Source: a virus
Lineage: Duplodnaviria > Caudoviricetes
Reading direction: 5' to 3' (one strand)
DNA length: 63,169 nt
Virus record (IMG/VR): IMGVR_UViG_3300043468_000449
Span: 1-63,169 of that record
Every line of letters starts with the position of its first letter. Positions within the stretch are counted from its first letter, which is position 1. Position numbers and translations under genes: made by a program. Below, piece after piece: positions 18,101-28,519 of the stretch. The notes below the pieces were generated by a model. It was not told the origin of the DNA, made no database searches, and worked only from the letters and a program-made list of their open reading frames with translations.

Positions 18101-21100
18101 TTCCATCTGCAATTTGCTTTGGAATCCACGCTCGCCAGATGGTGCTTCGATTTCGGCAACTTCGGCTGGAAGGAAATTCTTCTTTGCTTTTTCGTAATCT
18201 ACAGGAAGTTTTGGAAGATCACTTGCATCGATTAGTTCTGCCATGTGATCGATTCGCATAGACATAATTGTTCTGTCCATGCTCTTGTTTTTCTCGTCGC
18301 CCTTTCGTTTAGGAATCTTTGTTCGATCAAGATTTAATGCTTCTGTTTCTTTAGTGAATAGATTTAGAAAGTCATTAAATATCGATTTCTTTTGTTCTGC
18401 TACAGCAACATTGTCACTTAACTGATTAGTTCCTTCAGGCTCACCTTTGTCATTATATCCACTACCTTGGATGCCTTTAGACCAATTATCTAAATACTTT
18501 GTAGAAAATTCACTCCAGAATGTTTCTTTGCTTCCGTTCCAAGGAGAAAGTCGATTCGGCATCCGATCTGACCAAGCATTCAACTTCGACATCATTCTGC
18601 CAACTGAAATCGTTGTAACTAGAAAATTGCCTGCTTCGGATAAATGCAATCCAATTGGAACGACATCGTAAATCTTTGGTGAGAATGCTCTGTAGTTACC
18701 TTTATCGTCCATTACTGCGGCATAATCGACAAAGAATCGCGATCCATCTTTTTTGACAATCGCATCGTTTAACTCCAGAAGATATTCTTTAATCTTTAGA
18801 GGCACAATCCCCTCTGGCAATGCTTGAATCGCTTTAATCTGAAGCGGAGTAAAAGTGCCTCGGTAAGTATCGGAACCTTCAGAGACTGCCTCAAATCGCC
18901 CCGGTGTGCCATAGTCGGGCGTGTCGATTGCCTGCTTGAATAGTGTCGCTCGATCTTTCGCGATCTTCTTTAGATCGGCAGGCTTGAGAAGTTTTGGAGT
19001 GATGCCGTCCGCCTCGGTAACAATCTTTTTCGAGATAGCCAGAGTTCCACCTTCGGGAACTTGCAATTGACGCAATTCAACGGGGATTTGCCCATAACCA
19101 TTCAGTCGTTCTTCGCCATCCTTGGTAATGCGCCAAGTGCCTTCAAAAACCGCAGGATCGGTCACATCGACTGGAGTGCCTACAGGATTGCCATCTGCGT
19201 CGAATACCTGCGCCTGAACCTTTGTTGCAAACAATCCAGAGTCCATGCCGTAGCGTTCTGCCGCGATCTTGCTTTTACGAATATCAGCTTTCGAGATAGT
19301 TGCCGTTTCTGGTTGATTTTCAATCGTTGCAAAGTCTCCATTTAAACTCTCCAGCAACCGCATTGCATTTCGAGCGGCACTTTGAACTTCTGGTGGCAGA
19401 TTGGCTTTCGATGCATAGCCGACAACATCTCCAGAAAATCCGAGTCCTAGCAACTTCGTCGTAGCTTTTTTGATCAGGTTGTTTTTAAGTTTTGCCCTTG
19501 CGACATCCAACAAGTGAATGCTTTTTGGATCGATATTTTTACCAAGATTCCGAGAAAGCGTGTTAGAGAACAAGTCTGCAAGAATTTCTTCTTGCATATA
19601 GTCTGCCACATTCTTTCTGCTCAAAGAATTTGTCCCGTAGTCCCAGAGTCCGCTATTTTTTGCAAAGACCTCGATCTGTTTTTTATTGTAATTCTTTAAG
19701 TATGTCTTCTCGTAAAGATCGATCAATTGATCTTCGTTGTAGAGTCCAGTTGTGACTTCTTTAACATTGCCTGCCGCATCTCGGATTTGATTGCTGAATA
19801 GTAATTTTCTTGCTTCAGAAACCGCATCTTGAATTTCTTTGATTCGCAGGATTGCGTGACCTGTTTCGTGATTCAAAGCGTCGATTGGAGTCTCTCCGTA
19901 AATATCAATTCGATTGCGAAGAGCATCCGAATTAATAACAATCGATGGTTGCGCCTGATTGAATACAACATTCTTGACGGCATCGCTAACTTCCATGCCG
20001 GGTCGAAATTCGTTTTGACCTGTTCCACTATAAAATCCCTGCTGTCCTGCAATTTCGTAAATCATCTCGTCAGGCACATCGCGCAATGCAGGATTCTGCC
20101 TGAAATGATTGAAGATTTGATCTGTGCTTAAAATGTGAATGCCAACATTGTTTTGACCCGCTTTAAGCGCACCATTCAGCAAAAGATTATTTCGACCAAG
20201 TGCTGTTAGAAACTGCCTTCCAAATTCGTTTCGAGTCTGAACATTTGCAGTCTTGAGTAACGACAAGGATTTCTTTTCTGCCTCTAGTCTTTTTTCAGCT
20301 TCTTCAATTTTTTTGTTGTCAGGTGACTCGTTTACCAGTTTCTGAACTTCAGCCTCGGTATCTGCTACTCTCTTTGCCTGCCTTCCGATGACCAAGTCCC
20401 AATCGGTCAATTTATCAATCTCACCTCGTGTTTCAGGCGTCGAATCGCGATATGCCTTCAAAGCGTCCATATTGGCTTGCTTTGCCCTCCGAATCTGGAT
20501 CACGGGGTCTTGGCCCACAAACTTGTGATAAGTCTGCTGGACTGCCCTTCCGCCTAAAGAATAAGCCAATCCTTGGCCTACCATAGCCTTTAATTCTTCT
20601 TCGTCGGCAGAATCAATGATTCCAACTGCCAAGCTAATTAAAGTTGGCTCAACTCCCATCCTTGCATATTCACCAATATTAGCAATCGTGTCATCGCCAA
20701 CAAAACGCAGAATGCGTTTAGTAGTATCGCTTACCCTTCCGATTCCTTCGTAATCAACAATGCCTTCATTTTTAACTCTAGATTTTGCTACTTCTAAAGC
20801 CTGCTTCGTTTCAACATATTCATCAGTTCCCTCTGAAAGTGTTTTTAATTTCTGCGTCAAAGTCTTTACTTCATCTTGCTGTTTAGCAATAGCCCCCAAA
20901 GTAGCAAGTGGGCCTACGCTTCCTCCAGCAGATATCCTTCGTGCCGCTTGAACTTCTTTGATAACTTTTGGGATGTCTGCGAGTGTTCGCCCTCCATACT
21001 TCAATCCATACCTAGTTGCCAGCGCACCTAACCCCATTGAAGTCAATGCATTTTCTGGACTCAATTCATATCCAAGTGCCGCGCCGCCAATTGCAGTAAG

Positions 21101-22741
21101 TCCAGTTCCGAGTTTTTGCAATCTCGGACTCCTTTCAATATAATCACCCGTTTTTTCAATTCCTTTTGATACTGCTCCTGCGCCTTGCTCAACCAATCCG
21201 GGTTTTTTCAATGCCTCAAGTCTCTTGAGTTGTTTTGCTTTTAATAGTTCTTGCGCTCGTTTTTCAATCGCATTGATTTGATCATCAGTATAACGCAGTT
21301 TTTGAAAGGTTTTTCGAGCAATAGGAGTCAATTGTCCTGCCGCACGAACAACATTCATTGCATAGCCAACTTGATCAAGTCCAAATGCTTCAGGTAAAGC
21401 TAAATCAGCAAATGCCGCCATTTCTGGATCGGTTTCTGGAATTGATTTTTTAACATCATCGACTACAGAAATAATTGAACTTTCAATGTCAGCTTCGCGT
21501 TTAGATGCCGCTTCCTCTGCACTCAAATCAGGATACATAATCATGTATTCCTTAACTGATGGATGTGTAAGACTAGAAAATGATTTTAATGTTGGAACAT
21601 AATAAGTATCAACAAAACGCTTCCATTCGTTTGGTTGTGCTTTTAACCATTTTGCTTGAGCGGTATCTACTTCGTTTCTTGCGCTCCATCGATTATAGGC
21701 ATCTTCTTTAGATAGAAATCCAAATTTTTCACTTACATTATCCCATGTTTGCATCCCTCCACTTCCAACCTTTTGTGCAGTCCATGTTATAGATGGAGGC
21801 AATGCCGCAATTGGAGCAGTCAAAGAATATGGAACTTGCTTTGCCTTGTATCTCTTTTCTTCAAATTCTTTGTCGATACTAGCACTCTGTTCTGGAGTTA
21901 GATATTCTTTGATTTTAGCAAGATACTTTGCGTCAGTATAAGCATCAGGATTTGGTTGCTCTCCACCTTTTACTGGAGTATTAGCAATCTGCCATGCTCG
22001 TTTACGCCAGCTCTCAACTTCTGCTTTTTTGTCTTCTGGTAATAACTTCTCTGCCGCTTTTGCTTCAGCGTAATCAGATGTCATCCCAACTAATGCTGGC
22101 GCACCTTGAACTACGGCTTTTCCCGCACCATATGCTCCTTGCTCTAAAGATTTAACTAATGTCTCAAATATATCTCCAGCATCTTCGGTAACATTGATAC
22201 CTAAATTAAACCATTCCTCTGCATTCGTTGGAACCTTTCCGTATGGAGATGATTCTCTTTTTTGTCTCTCAAATTCAAATATTTGACGATTTTGCTTTTC
22301 TGTAAAAGTTACATCAGGTCGTATTTTTTTAAATTCGTATAAATTTTCAGGATCAAGTGTCTCAATTAATTGCCTATCTTCTAGCGTAAATTGTTCATCA
22401 GGTTTTTCACCAATTACAGTAGATACAATGTTAATTGGTTTTGAGAAGTCGATCTCTGGCTCCTTTTCTGTAATAGGAGCAGGAGTAGGAGCAGGAGCAG
22501 GAGCAGGAGCAGGTGTAGGCGCAGAAATGGTAGCACCCTCTTCTTTTGGTTCTTCAACTGCCTGCGGAATTTCTTCCTTCGGCTTTTCTTCAGTAGGTTG
22601 TTGAGGAGATAAAACAGAATCAATTTCTGACATTAATGAGTCAGCATCGTCTTCTTTATCTTCCTTCGGTTGCGTTGATTCAGTTTGATCTCCAAGAACA
22701 TTATCAATGTCTTTGAGCAATTCATCAATTCCTTCAGCCAT
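12155..22741 (-). CDS. Giant ejection / large polyvalent protein (3528 aa) with HExxH peptidase-like, GNAT-like, ADP-ribosyltransferase-like and HhH-glycosylase-like segments
   Basis: Last large gene of the virion module; contains [56 protein letters not shown] and [22 protein letters not shown]. Confidence 0.8.
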   Translation of the reverse strand: MAEGIDELLKDIDNVLGDQTESTQPKEDKEDDADSLMSEIDSVLSPQQPTEEKPKEEIPQAVEEPKEEGATISAPTPAPAPAPAPTPAPITEKEPEIDFSKPINIVSTVIGEKPDEQFTLEDRQLIETLDPENLYEFKKIRPDVTFTEKQNRQIFEFERQKRESSPYGKVPTNAEEWFNLGINVTEDAGDIFETLVKSLEQGAYGAGKAVVQGAPALVGMTSDYAEAKAAEKLLPEDKKAEVESWRKRAWQIANTPVKGGEQPNPDAYTDAKYLAKIKEYLTPEQSASIDKEFEEKRYKAKQVPYSLTAPIAALPPSITWTAQKVGSGGMQTWDNVSEKFGFLSKEDAYNRWSARNEVDTAQAKWLKAQPNEWKRFVDTYYVPTLKSFSSLTHPSVKEYMIMYPDLSAEEAASKREADIESSIISVVDDVKKSIPETDPEMAAFADLALPEAFGLDQVGYAMNVVRAAGQLTPIARKTFQKLRYTDDQINAIEKRAQELLKAKQLKRLEALKKPGLVEQGAGAVSKGIEKTGDYIERSPRLQKLGTGLTAIGGAALGYELSPENALTSMGLGALATRYGLKYGGRTLADIPKVIKEVQAARRISAGGSVGPLATLGAIAKQQDEVKTLTQKLKTLSEGTDEYVETKQALEVAKSRVKNEGIVDYEGIGRVSDTTKRILRFVGDDTIANIGEYARMGVEPTLISLAVGIIDSADEEELKAMVGQGLAYSLGGRAVQQTYHKFVGQDPVIQIRRAKQANMDALKAYRDSTPETRGEIDKLTDWDLVIGRQAKRVADTEAEVQKLVNESPDNKKIEEAEKRLEAEKKSLSLLKTANVQTRNEFGRQFLTALGRNNLLLNGALKAGQNNVGIHILSTDQIFNHFRQNPALRDVPDEMIYEIAGQQGFYSGTGQNEFRPGMEVSDAVKNVVFNQAQPSIVINSDALRNRIDIYGETPIDALNHETGHAILRIKEIQDAVSEARKLLFSNQIRDAAGNVKEVTTGLYNEDQLIDLYEKTYLKNYNKKQIEVFAKNSGLWDYGTNSLSRKNVADYMQEEILADLFSNTLSRNLGKNIDPKSIHLLDVARAKLKNNLIKKATTKLLGLGFSGDVVGYASKANLPPEVQSAARNAMRLLESLNGDFATIENQPETATISKADIRKSKIAAERYGMDSGLFATKVQAQVFDADGNPVGTPVDVTDPAVFEGTWRITKDGEERLNGYGQIPVELRQLQVPEGGTLAISKKIVTEADGITPKLLKPADLKKIAKDRATLFKQAIDTPDYGTPGRFEAVSEGSDTYRGTFTPLQIKAIQALPEGIVPLKIKEYLLELNDAIVKKDGSRFFVDYAAVMDDKGNYRAFSPKIYDVVPIGLHLSEAGNFLVTTISVGRMMSKLNAWSDRMPNRLSPWNGSKETFWSEFSTKYLDNWSKGIQGSGYNDKGEPEGTNQLSDNVAVAEQKKSIFNDFLNLFTKETEALNLDRTKIPKRKGDEKNKSMDRTIMSMRIDHMAELIDASDLPKLPVDYEKAKKNFLPAEVAEIEAPSGERGFQSKLQMEIQSKFRGAMATPEQLKAVINNPQNVKAEEVKWSGVNDAIDRLASENNGKVPVQELLNYLRDEGQVKFEEVTLGGKEPFDANRLAELEAEYKNLKDHPVDDPSFGEEKYDELIRLMNIRDQSTTDTLYDEAERVMRLAQQAQRRGDKKTAEKYFRENEFLNTRAEKLDLQGEGLTKPPKFGKYQLPGGENYREVVMAMPRVEESKFLTKSELDEYQKLRFETDNRTPEQQARLDQLFIRIDENNAASRDDQSYTSSHFPDIPNYVAHMRLNERTDAEGNDGLFIEELQSDRHQAGREKGYQGQGDVLPDGWTVEEVPVYEYRGGRQTGTEWMVFDASKTQVGFGAKTKEEAIKSANSGEVPGSIPDAPFRKDWSLQLFKRALRDAVESGKQWIGWTTGETQAERYKLSKQVDSIVVILDGENTYALSAYKDGQSRINEEKIPEAKLSEFIGKELSAQSIEKIKSSPQPSLASAEFEGLDLDVGGEGMKGFYDTILPKEIGKYVSKMGGKVEKSEIATTKPDKKIDDFTDAELLQELARKGDTTPIWRVNITPQMENVVRAGQLQFMPAEVEGATTEPEGLQGIELPTQYRRISDMIPPLRDIEPPVRPVQEMPADSQFKEIESASNDLIQYRDSLNSRIQSGTEFSNAVVAPPGIQYLPAWHGSPYDFDRFSIEKIGEGEGAQAYGWGLYFAGLRQVSEGYQTKLAKNIRIDGVESPSEDVIQNQQIIDLFGILTDALKARKSGGMPDRKTIDRAIRMLEDEKDAATDNAYAEEILNWWFNAGVKGLKDPSKIQVGSLYKVDIDVEEGDLLDWDKPLSEQSKKVQDAVLPTILSEFDKTQKAREAIIQRGTRLGGRPFRPGELERLQKPMPDPLSITGKSAYVYITNAFGGRPAEDAPKASKFLLEQGVPGIRYWDALSRGAGEGTSNYVVFDDKLIKILEKDDKPVGPIAQFMPPAIQFLPKSVERTMQKDAGDFSVVIGGKPGRYGFDFTSIAELQPKLESAEQRKERLLSYLNPNLDNLNAKKDALTAIGKAWWAIQDVDPKQQPFKERDVEIYEQNKKLLEGFEELPDKEFTLRDAIRMVEVDRSIKAINDAKLGMTPPPFKFPVDRRVLVPDLQSTLTTIFKSKKFKDFIVDAAGLQGINFDNILGTWKFEVEPSFVFNAPGMTWDQAQTVTKWLSFLMTQDAGIAWKPSIGLTDGAPAVYLVHDKKLTEEQIKNAFVKAEEVGIDGLSLTVDGKGIKAANFDGIKEFGKKLIEIQKAANIKNFHDTLVDSFYYDTTSDFTAEDGSVRVPDWLTGKQTNETDIQNQQGGMEEGVRGVGGDSAPGGLTILLRRGIDTILVPYAKVLAGQGFTFDPNRFAERYGLGQEVADYIREQLYPATGLSRSVTPILEGTEKFVVPDSFYTKEGKLKTKVDDLLYALQKRSADDGFIEPGDYSPRAGQIISETIVDEVLGHIERAKQDPNAPNAIGWYDTALKLMKERYAKFFPFLDRKSKNYDANKEFIFDAVLGITSQGNNVFENGKMAARVQFLLEGGKTLPELVKKDVGELYGTFGGETRAVENNFLKLHELLQNNDIKKLDKLFRKKMSVSEWNAYLKQNKNLWFKGEPLTVDGQAEQMVTGFSVFGPKIGSFINNLHGDYSTLTADLWYTRTWNRILGNVFQHAPLKEANQYVAFQKALIEQYRSDVAKAAGEKFEPLLKKVKEKDGKKVYEYVEYYDEAELTGKTNEEIQELFNDPQAMLDLATTLEKRFRSGQYKQKSDLRRAAKNWVENRADPVAAPRTDLERDFQQSTMELAQKKLRRKGIDITIADMQAALWYNEKELFGLYGAQVSGAEPADYADAAENVEEMLDYGTLFQLERTIDQDDGTKKKELIRLLPYDTEVGLTGVQKPKTPEEYAQLVAARKKEKEDAKKEAEKIEKAELKVDKTKRELSEVDPTNEKTKQKLAVALAKAEKLLSDLKPPAVGSAAPLTGMKSPIE

Positions 22742-24435
22742 TATTTTTTAAGTTTGATTTGAATTTCACGCAATTGTGCCTTTAAAGCCTCTTTATCGTT
22801 TCCTTCTGGAATTTGTTTAATTTGATTAACTAATTGTCTAGCTGAATTCACTAAATTTTCCGATTCAGGAACCTGTTCTGTAACTTTAAAATTTTCTATA
22901 TCGTATCCAGCTTTTTCTAAATTTCCTATTGTTATTTTTTTTCTGGTTTGCAAAGTATTTAACAAATCATCCATTAATATTTTAGCTACTTTTGGGTCTC
23001 TTTGAATGTTTGGAATTAATGCTTTATATCTACGAACATCATCATCCGTAAGAACTCCAACCTCACCAAATACACCTCTAGCCAACCCCGGAGTTAAACT
23101 ATCAACCAAATTATTAAGCCTTATTGCAAGACTATCATAGCCAACGCCACCAATCAATTGCCTTAATCTGCCAACCATAGGCCCACTTTTATTTCCAACT
23201 TCCGACAATACACCTTGAATATCTTTCAATGTCGCTTCAGCAGAATCAATATTATTGAACTTTTCTAAATGTGCTTGAAGAAGTTTATGTTTTTCTACTC
23301 CTTTCCCTTTTTCTTCAGCAAGTTCTTTAGCGGTTTTTCTTTTTGGAGGATTAACCCTGAATCCTCTTCGTCCTTTTTTAGTAATTACTTGAATTTCTGC
23401 CTCGTTATATTCAGGCCCAAAATGTTCGGCAAGTTGTTTTTGAGATTTCAAAGCGTTTTCATAATTCGCATAATCATTCACAAGATTGCTAATTTGAGTT
23501 TCAACAGGTTGTTGTGGAACTCGCTTTACTTGCTGTCTTTCTTTTTCTGGAAGTGGAACTTTAGTCAAAGCACCCATACCAAGTGGCATCTCGCCTGTTT
23601 CCGCATAAAACTTCTCGGCAATCGCAGAACGCTCTTGCGGAGTCATCAATGACATTGACCTTGTATTAATATCTACACTAGGTTGCGCCTGAACTAGTGC
23701 TTTGCCAGCAACAACATCTGTGGACATTGGCGCAATAATTGGCGCAAGACTTGTGCTTGTCAATTGATCATATTGTTTTTGCGGAGATGCTTCGGCAGTC
23801 AATTCAGAAAGTGGTTTACTCAATAAAGCCTGCACATCTTGTTCAGTTGGGCCAACTGAAGATAATGGGTTTAATACATCTTCAGTTTCTTCTGGCAATC
23901 CTAAATCCCATATTCCAGAAGGCAATTCTTCATCTGTAACATCATAGGCATCCATGTCAGATAAATTTTGTTCATCTGCAAATCCACCTTGATTGCCATC
24001 TTCATCTACAAATCCTTCTTCACCTTCTTCTTGAGCTTTCTTTTTTCTTTCTTCAATTTGAAGTTTAAGATTTTCTAGTTGAGCGTTTTTATACTCTTCT
24101 TTTTGCTTGTCTTCTTCAGCACCTTTAGAACCTCTTGCAATGGCAACAGCAAGTCGATTATCTCTATCAAGTTGTTCTTTTGTTTTTTGTGCTTTAGCTT
24201 TTCTATCATCAACAAATGCCGCAGTAATGCCTTTCAACGCATCACCAATGCCTTCTTTCAAACCACTCGCCCATGCATTGGAAACCAGTTCTGGTTGCTC
24301 GGATTTAACCTCTAAAAACTTTTGAGGCTGAAATTGCAAAGCGGTGTGAATCGCTTTAACTGGTCGCATTCCTTCTAATGGAGATGCAGAACGAATTGTA
24401 GCGAATTGCGGTGTGAAAGAGTATGATTCAGGCAT
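22741..24435 (-). CDS. Internal virion / ejection protein
   Basis: 564-aa helical protein upstream of the giant gene; C-terminal ARG.FGE.GVLTD.D..RY...P segment. Confidence 0.6.
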   Translation of the reverse strand: MPESYSFTPQFATIRSASPLEGMRPVKAIHTALQFQPQKFLEVKSEQPELVSNAWASGLKEGIGDALKGITAAFVDDRKAKAQKTKEQLDRDNRLAVAIARGSKGAEEDKQKEEYKNAQLENLKLQIEERKKKAQEEGEEGFVDEDGNQGGFADEQNLSDMDAYDVTDEELPSGIWDLGLPEETEDVLNPLSSVGPTEQDVQALLSKPLSELTAEASPQKQYDQLTSTSLAPIIAPMSTDVVAGKALVQAQPSVDINTRSMSLMTPQERSAIAEKFYAETGEMPLGMGALTKVPLPEKERQQVKRVPQQPVETQISNLVNDYANYENALKSQKQLAEHFGPEYNEAEIQVITKKGRRGFRVNPPKRKTAKELAEEKGKGVEKHKLLQAHLEKFNNIDSAEATLKDIQGVLSEVGNKSGPMVGRLRQLIGGVGYDSLAIRLNNLVDSLTPGLARGVFGEVGVLTDDDVRRYKALIPNIQRDPKVAKILMDDLLNTLQTRKKITIGNLEKAGYDIENFKVTEQVPESENLVNSARQLVNQIKQIPEGNDKEALKAQLREIQIKLKK

Positions 24436-24965
24436 TACATTCCTCCAAATTGAAGTCCTTGAGCGGACGGGAGTGAGAAGTTAGTGTTTTGTTGAGTTCC
24501 GCCAACGCCAGCATTGGATGCCAGAATAGGTGGAATCCCCATTTGCATAGAAGATGGCGCATTAGTCGAAGCAGGCCCAGCAACGCCGCCTGCCGCCGCA
24601 ATCTTTTGCTGTTGCGCGGAACCTACATTGTAGCCACTTCCGCCTGCGGTAGTGCTGGCGGCATTCTGCGCGGCTTGCTGGTCGAGTCGTTGCTGATTCT
24701 GCGCGGCACTAGTGAAATCTTTTTGAATCTGTGTTTCTGCCTGCCTGCGGAAGTCTGCGGCTTTTTGATTTTCAGCTTGGATGTTCTGTTCACGAATCCT
24801 TGCCGCTTCTTCGTCATCTCTTTTTTTCTTTGCGGCATCTGCGGCTTTTCTGGCATCATCCATTTGTTTCCGCATAGCCGCTTGCTGTGCGGCAATCTGC
24901 GATGAATAGTCAGGTTGACTGCTTCCGCCGCCACTTTTTTTGCCTCCACCTTTACTTCCGCCCAT
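24435..24965 (-). CDS. MGG...FGG-X family protein 3 (putative ejection protein)
   Basis: Starts MGGSKG, Ala/Gln-rich coiled coil, ends FSLPSAQGLQFGGM. Confidence 0.75.
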   Translation of the reverse strand: MGGSKGGGKKSGGGSSQPDYSSQIAAQQAAMRKQMDDARKAADAAKKKRDDEEAARIREQNIQAENQKAADFRRQAETQIQKDFTSAAQNQQRLDQQAAQNAASTTAGGSGYNVGSAQQQKIAAAGGVAGPASTNAPSSMQMGIPPILASNAGVGGTQQNTNFSLPSAQGLQFGGM

Positions 24966-24967
24966 AA

Positions 24968-25468
24968 TTAAGTTCCTCCGAATTGTAGCCCGGTAGTCTT
25001 GGGCATTGTGAATACATTAGTAGTTGTCGGCTGATTTGCTTCCGTAGTAGGAAGATTTGCAGTCCCTCCCATTCCAACCAAAGCGCGTTGACGAGCGGCA
25101 TTTAGATTGTATCCAGCACCAGTCGCCGCCGCTCCTGCGGACAATGCCGCTTGACGCTCTTGCTCCTGCTTTTGCTGATCCGCCATCGTTTGTGCGCTAG
25201 AGATTGCAGAAAGTTCTTGTTGCGCCTTCGACTCTTGTTGCCTACGAAGTTGTGCGGCGGCGGCATTCTGGCTTTCAATTGCCGCTTGCTTTTGTTGTTC
25301 TTCAAGTCGCCTGCGCTCTTCCTCATAGGCTTGCTGTTGCTGTTGATACATCTGCATCTGCTGTTGCATCTGCTGATTGAACATTGCCTGTTGCATCTGC
25401 ATTTCTTGCTGACGCAAGGCTTGCTCTGCTTTTATTTGACTTTTGCTGGGGCCGCCTCCTCCACCCAT
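24968..25468 (-). CDS. MGG...FGG-X family protein 2
   Basis: Starts MGGGGG, Gln-rich, ends FTMPKTTGLQFGGT. Confidence 0.75.
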   Translation of the reverse strand: MGGGGGPSKSQIKAEQALRQQEMQMQQAMFNQQMQQQMQMYQQQQQAYEEERRRLEEQQKQAAIESQNAAAAQLRRQQESKAQQELSAISSAQTMADQQKQEQERQAALSAGAAATGAGYNLNAARQRALVGMGGTANLPTTEANQPTTTNVFTMPKTTGLQFGGT

Positions 25469-25495
25469 AGTTTTATTTTCCTTTCAGTTTATTGT

Positions 25496-26077
25496 TTATG
25501 CCCCGCCGAATTTAATACTCGACATATCAGGCAATGAAAATGTATTGGCAGTTGCAACTTTTGGAGTTGTTGTTGTTGGTTTGTATGTGAAATCGATTGG
25601 CAAATCAGACGGCATAGTTGTATCACTAGTTTTAGTTTGTGCAAGTGTTGCAGTCGTAGGTGATGTTGCCGCAGTTGCAGTAGTTGTAGCAGGTGAAGTT
25701 GTTGCCGCAGTAGTCGTTGGATAGGTCGGAGATTGCGTTCTTAAATTAGCAAGTTTTTCGCGTTGCTGTGCTTGCATATTTTGCAAGACTTGTTGCTGTT
25801 GATGAAAGTATTCAGGATTGGATGACAATCCTTTTGTCATTGGAGCATATGAACTTTGCTTTGGACTAATCCAGTTCATTAATGGCGCACCATAGTTTTT
25901 ATCAACAGTTAACCACTTGCCTCCACTTGTTGGCAAAACATTAAGCGGATCCATTATATTCAGAGGATCAACAACTTTTCGCAATTTAGCCGAATACTTG
26001 CCTAGTCCTACTTGGTGTAGTGGATCAAGATTTTTTGTTACAAATGTGCCAACAGATTTAGTGAATGAACCACCCAT
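25496..26077 (-). CDS. MGG...FGG-X family protein 1
   Basis: Starts MGGSFT, Thr-rich linker, ends FSLPDMSSIKFGGA. Confidence 0.75.
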   Translation of the reverse strand: MGGSFTKSVGTFVTKNLDPLHQVGLGKYSAKLRKVVDPLNIMDPLNVLPTSGGKWLTVDKNYGAPLMNWISPKQSSYAPMTKGLSSNPEYFHQQQQVLQNMQAQQREKLANLRTQSPTYPTTTAATTSPATTTATAATSPTTATLAQTKTSDTTMPSDLPIDFTYKPTTTTPKVATANTFSLPDMSSIKFGGA

Positions 26078-26079
26078 AA

Positions 26080-26361
26080 TTATAATCCTATTTTTGACCT
26101 AGCTTCCAAGCAAAGTTTCGATCCGGGTTCAAATAATCTACACGCAGTAGGTCGGCAATTATAAACAGAACACTTAACTGCGGTTCCAACTTCACCTACT
26201 AAAGCTACGCACCTGTTATTTTCAGTCTTCATCAGAGGATAGTCAGTTCGTTGCATTTCTTGCGGGATGCCAGTTGCATCTGATCGATCTCGTTTGAAGA
26301 TCGGCCATGACCACTTAAAACTGCAACAAGCTCCGCATTTTTCACAATCATAGTTTGTCAC
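26080..26361 (-). CDS. YkgJ / CxxCxxCC family Cys-cluster (Fe-S or Zn) protein
   Basis: DCEKCGACC ... RCVAL.G.VG..V.CSVY..RP.ACR.F..G...CLEAR. Confidence 0.85.
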   Translation of the reverse strand: MTNYDCEKCGACCSFKWSWPIFKRDRSDATGIPQEMQRTDYPLMKTENNRCVALVGEVGTAVKCSVYNCRPTACRLFEPGSKLCLEARSKIGL

Positions 26362-26792
26362 ATTCCGTACATTTTTCCAACCCCAGAAAGCGCACTAGTT
26401 GCCAATGTTTTTCCTGCATTTGCCCATGCGTTACTGACTAATTCAGGGTTCGTGCTATGGATTTCAAATGGATTCATAACCATAAAATTTAAGGCATCTG
26501 GATTATTTTTTAGTTTTTCATTCATCTCTAGTTGTTTTTGCATTTCCAGATATTTCTTATACATTTCAGATTGATTTTGACTCGTCAAAGCGGCAGATGC
26601 TGGACTACTGAAATCAATATCGCTAATACCCTGTGCTAATGCGCCAAGACCTTGACCTATTCTTTTATTTTGCGCTTGCTGTGCATCAAATGCCGCTAGG
26701 TCTGCGGCGGTTGCTTGAGTTGCTTTAGGGACTGTGCCTGCCGCAAATTGCGCTTCGCCTATTTTATTTGTTCCTGTGTTTGCTCCACCCAT
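26358..26792 (-). CDS. MGG-start protein sharing a segment with the 564-aa ejection protein
   Basis: Starts MGGANT; contains PELVSNAWA. Confidence 0.7.
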   Translation of the reverse strand: MGGANTGTNKIGEAQFAAGTVPKATQATAADLAAFDAQQAQNKRIGQGLGALAQGISDIDFSSPASAALTSQNQSEMYKKYLEMQKQLEMNEKLKNNPDALNFMVMNPFEIHSTNPELVSNAWANAGKTLATSALSGVGKMYGM

Positions 26793-26793
26793 A

Positions 26794-27627
26794 TTATTTC
26801 TCCCAAGTTACTGGTTTGAATCCTAAATCTGGTATCACGATATCTTCGTATGGTGCAAGATGTGATATATTTGTCACAGTTGCTTTTAACTTTGGGCAAT
26901 ACACTTGATTGCCTTGATGTCGATCTACACAATTTAAGCAAGTCGGATAGAAGTCTGCGTTCAAAGATTTATCAGGATTGTTTGTCCACCCAGATTTTGT
27001 TTTAATATATCGGGTTGGATCGGCTTTTACTTTGTTATCTTCTAGATATTGATAAATGTCGCGATCAGTCCAATCGCGCATAAGGTAAAGCGAAACGGGA
27101 CTGCCATCAGCATGGCGAATATCCTGCGAAATAGGCACATGACCCTTGATCAAATCAGTATCGGAATTCTTTGTTCCAATCCAAACAGACTCCCACGGCC
27201 AATTAAAGGTTCCTGTGGGTCGTTTTAGGAAGTCATCCACACCGCACATGAATTTCTCGCCTTTCTTTGGACGCTCGGTTCCTAATGACAAAACAACTGC
27301 TTTGGTTCCCCATTGGAAGTAGTGCAGAAGATCAAAGCGCACCTCGCCAGTTTCTGTATCAGGACCATCTGCTAATGCAAATCGGCTTGCAGGGTAGTCA
27401 AAGACAGTCAAATCCCAGTCTCGGATCAATTGATCTGAATACGCATAACGCTCGCGAAATTTCGGTTGCCTAAATTGAATTACAGGGACATCGATTCCAG
27501 CTTGAAATTTGAGCAAATGAAGCATCGCAGTCGAGTCTTTGCCGCCTGACCACAGAACGACAGAATTGGGCCAATTTTTCGCCCATAACTTGGCTTTCTC
27601 GATTGTTTCGTTAATAAGTTGATCCAT
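26794..27627 (-). CDS. PAPS-reductase-family (PP-loop) protein
   Basis: VLWSGGKDSTAMLHL PP-loop, IGTKNSD, DWTDRDIYQYL and C-terminal CLNC...CP. Confidence 0.85.
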   Translation of the reverse strand: MDQLINETIEKAKLWAKNWPNSVVLWSGGKDSTAMLHLLKFQAGIDVPVIQFRQPKFRERYAYSDQLIRDWDLTVFDYPASRFALADGPDTETGEVRFDLLHYFQWGTKAVVLSLGTERPKKGEKFMCGVDDFLKRPTGTFNWPWESVWIGTKNSDTDLIKGHVPISQDIRHADGSPVSLYLMRDWTDRDIYQYLEDNKVKADPTRYIKTKSGWTNNPDKSLNADFYPTCLNCVDRHQGNQVYCPKLKATVTNISHLAPYEDIVIPDLGFKPVTWEK

Positions 27628-27644
27628 ATAGACAGATTTTTTGT

Positions 27645-28517
27645 TTATATGATAATCGCCGCCGCACCGATTGCCGCACCACCAAGTGCCGCACCACTTT
27701 CAATCATCTTCCCTTTTGCGGAATTTTGGCTAATTGCATTATTTACTGCCGCATTGTATAAAGATTGATCATAAGCCTGACGATTTTGTCTTTGAACATT
27801 AGATAGATTTAAAATCTCTCCCATATTTTTACTTAAATAGTCAAAAGTATTCTGTTGTGCTTCTCCAAGTCCAGTCCCTAATTGTTGCGCTCCTGCAAAA
27901 ATATTCTTCTGCCAATCCGCCATTGCGCCAAGGTTCTGCGCTTCTTGTCCCATCCTCGCGCCAATTAAAGTGCCGGGATCAAGTCCCCCAGTCGGGCGTT
28001 GCTGGCTAGAAACGAACCTATTTCGCAGTTCAATATCTTCCAGCATCCGCTTGCGTCCCTCTTCGGTGGACACATCTGCAAGCATGGATCGACCAAAAGA
28101 TGACGAAGGATCGACTCCAGTTCCGCTGACCGCAGAAATGCCTTTATTTTTCAACCAAGCATCCATGCGGTTTTTAAAAGACTCGTCAGAGGTCACCGCT
28201 TCGATTTGCTCTGGCAATTGATACCGCATACGAGCGGTGGCTGGAGAAAGCAACTCTTCGCCTTGCCTTGTTCTTGCCTCATTCGATAAACCAAATTGCG
28301 CGGCTTGCCGAGAAGTCTGCTCTGCATCGAAATCCTGCATCAATGGTTGCGTCTGCCGATACAGATCAAATAACTGACTTTTAGTTCCAATGTCAGCAAG
28401 TTGACCTTCTAATGCGCCTTGACCATATTGAAATTTTTGCGCTAGAATAGCATTATCTGTTTGATAATCAGGTCGGCTCATGTATTGACCCGGATTGACT
28501 GTTGCGGCTCCACCCAT
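27645..28517 (-). CDS. Putative ejection / pilot protein with a C-terminal hydrophobic Gly-Ala helix
   Basis: Starts MGGAAT; Gln/Ala-rich; ends GAALGGAAIGAAAIII. Confidence 0.65.
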   Translation of the reverse strand: MGGAATVNPGQYMSRPDYQTDNAILAQKFQYGQGALEGQLADIGTKSQLFDLYRQTQPLMQDFDAEQTSRQAAQFGLSNEARTRQGEELLSPATARMRYQLPEQIEAVTSDESFKNRMDAWLKNKGISAVSGTGVDPSSSFGRSMLADVSTEEGRKRMLEDIELRNRFVSSQQRPTGGLDPGTLIGARMGQEAQNLGAMADWQKNIFAGAQQLGTGLGEAQQNTFDYLSKNMGEILNLSNVQRQNRQAYDQSLYNAAVNNAISQNSAKGKMIESGAALGGAAIGAAAIII

Positions 28518-28519
28518 AA

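Noticed and set aside
22475-22520. AGGAGC tandem repeat as a contingency locus
   Set aside because: It is an in-frame 6-nt repeat encoding a Pro-Ala linker, so length changes would not shift the frame.
26794-27627. cysH auxiliary metabolic gene
   Set aside because: It lacks the ECGLH and CC motifs and sits among virion genes, so no gene symbol was assigned.
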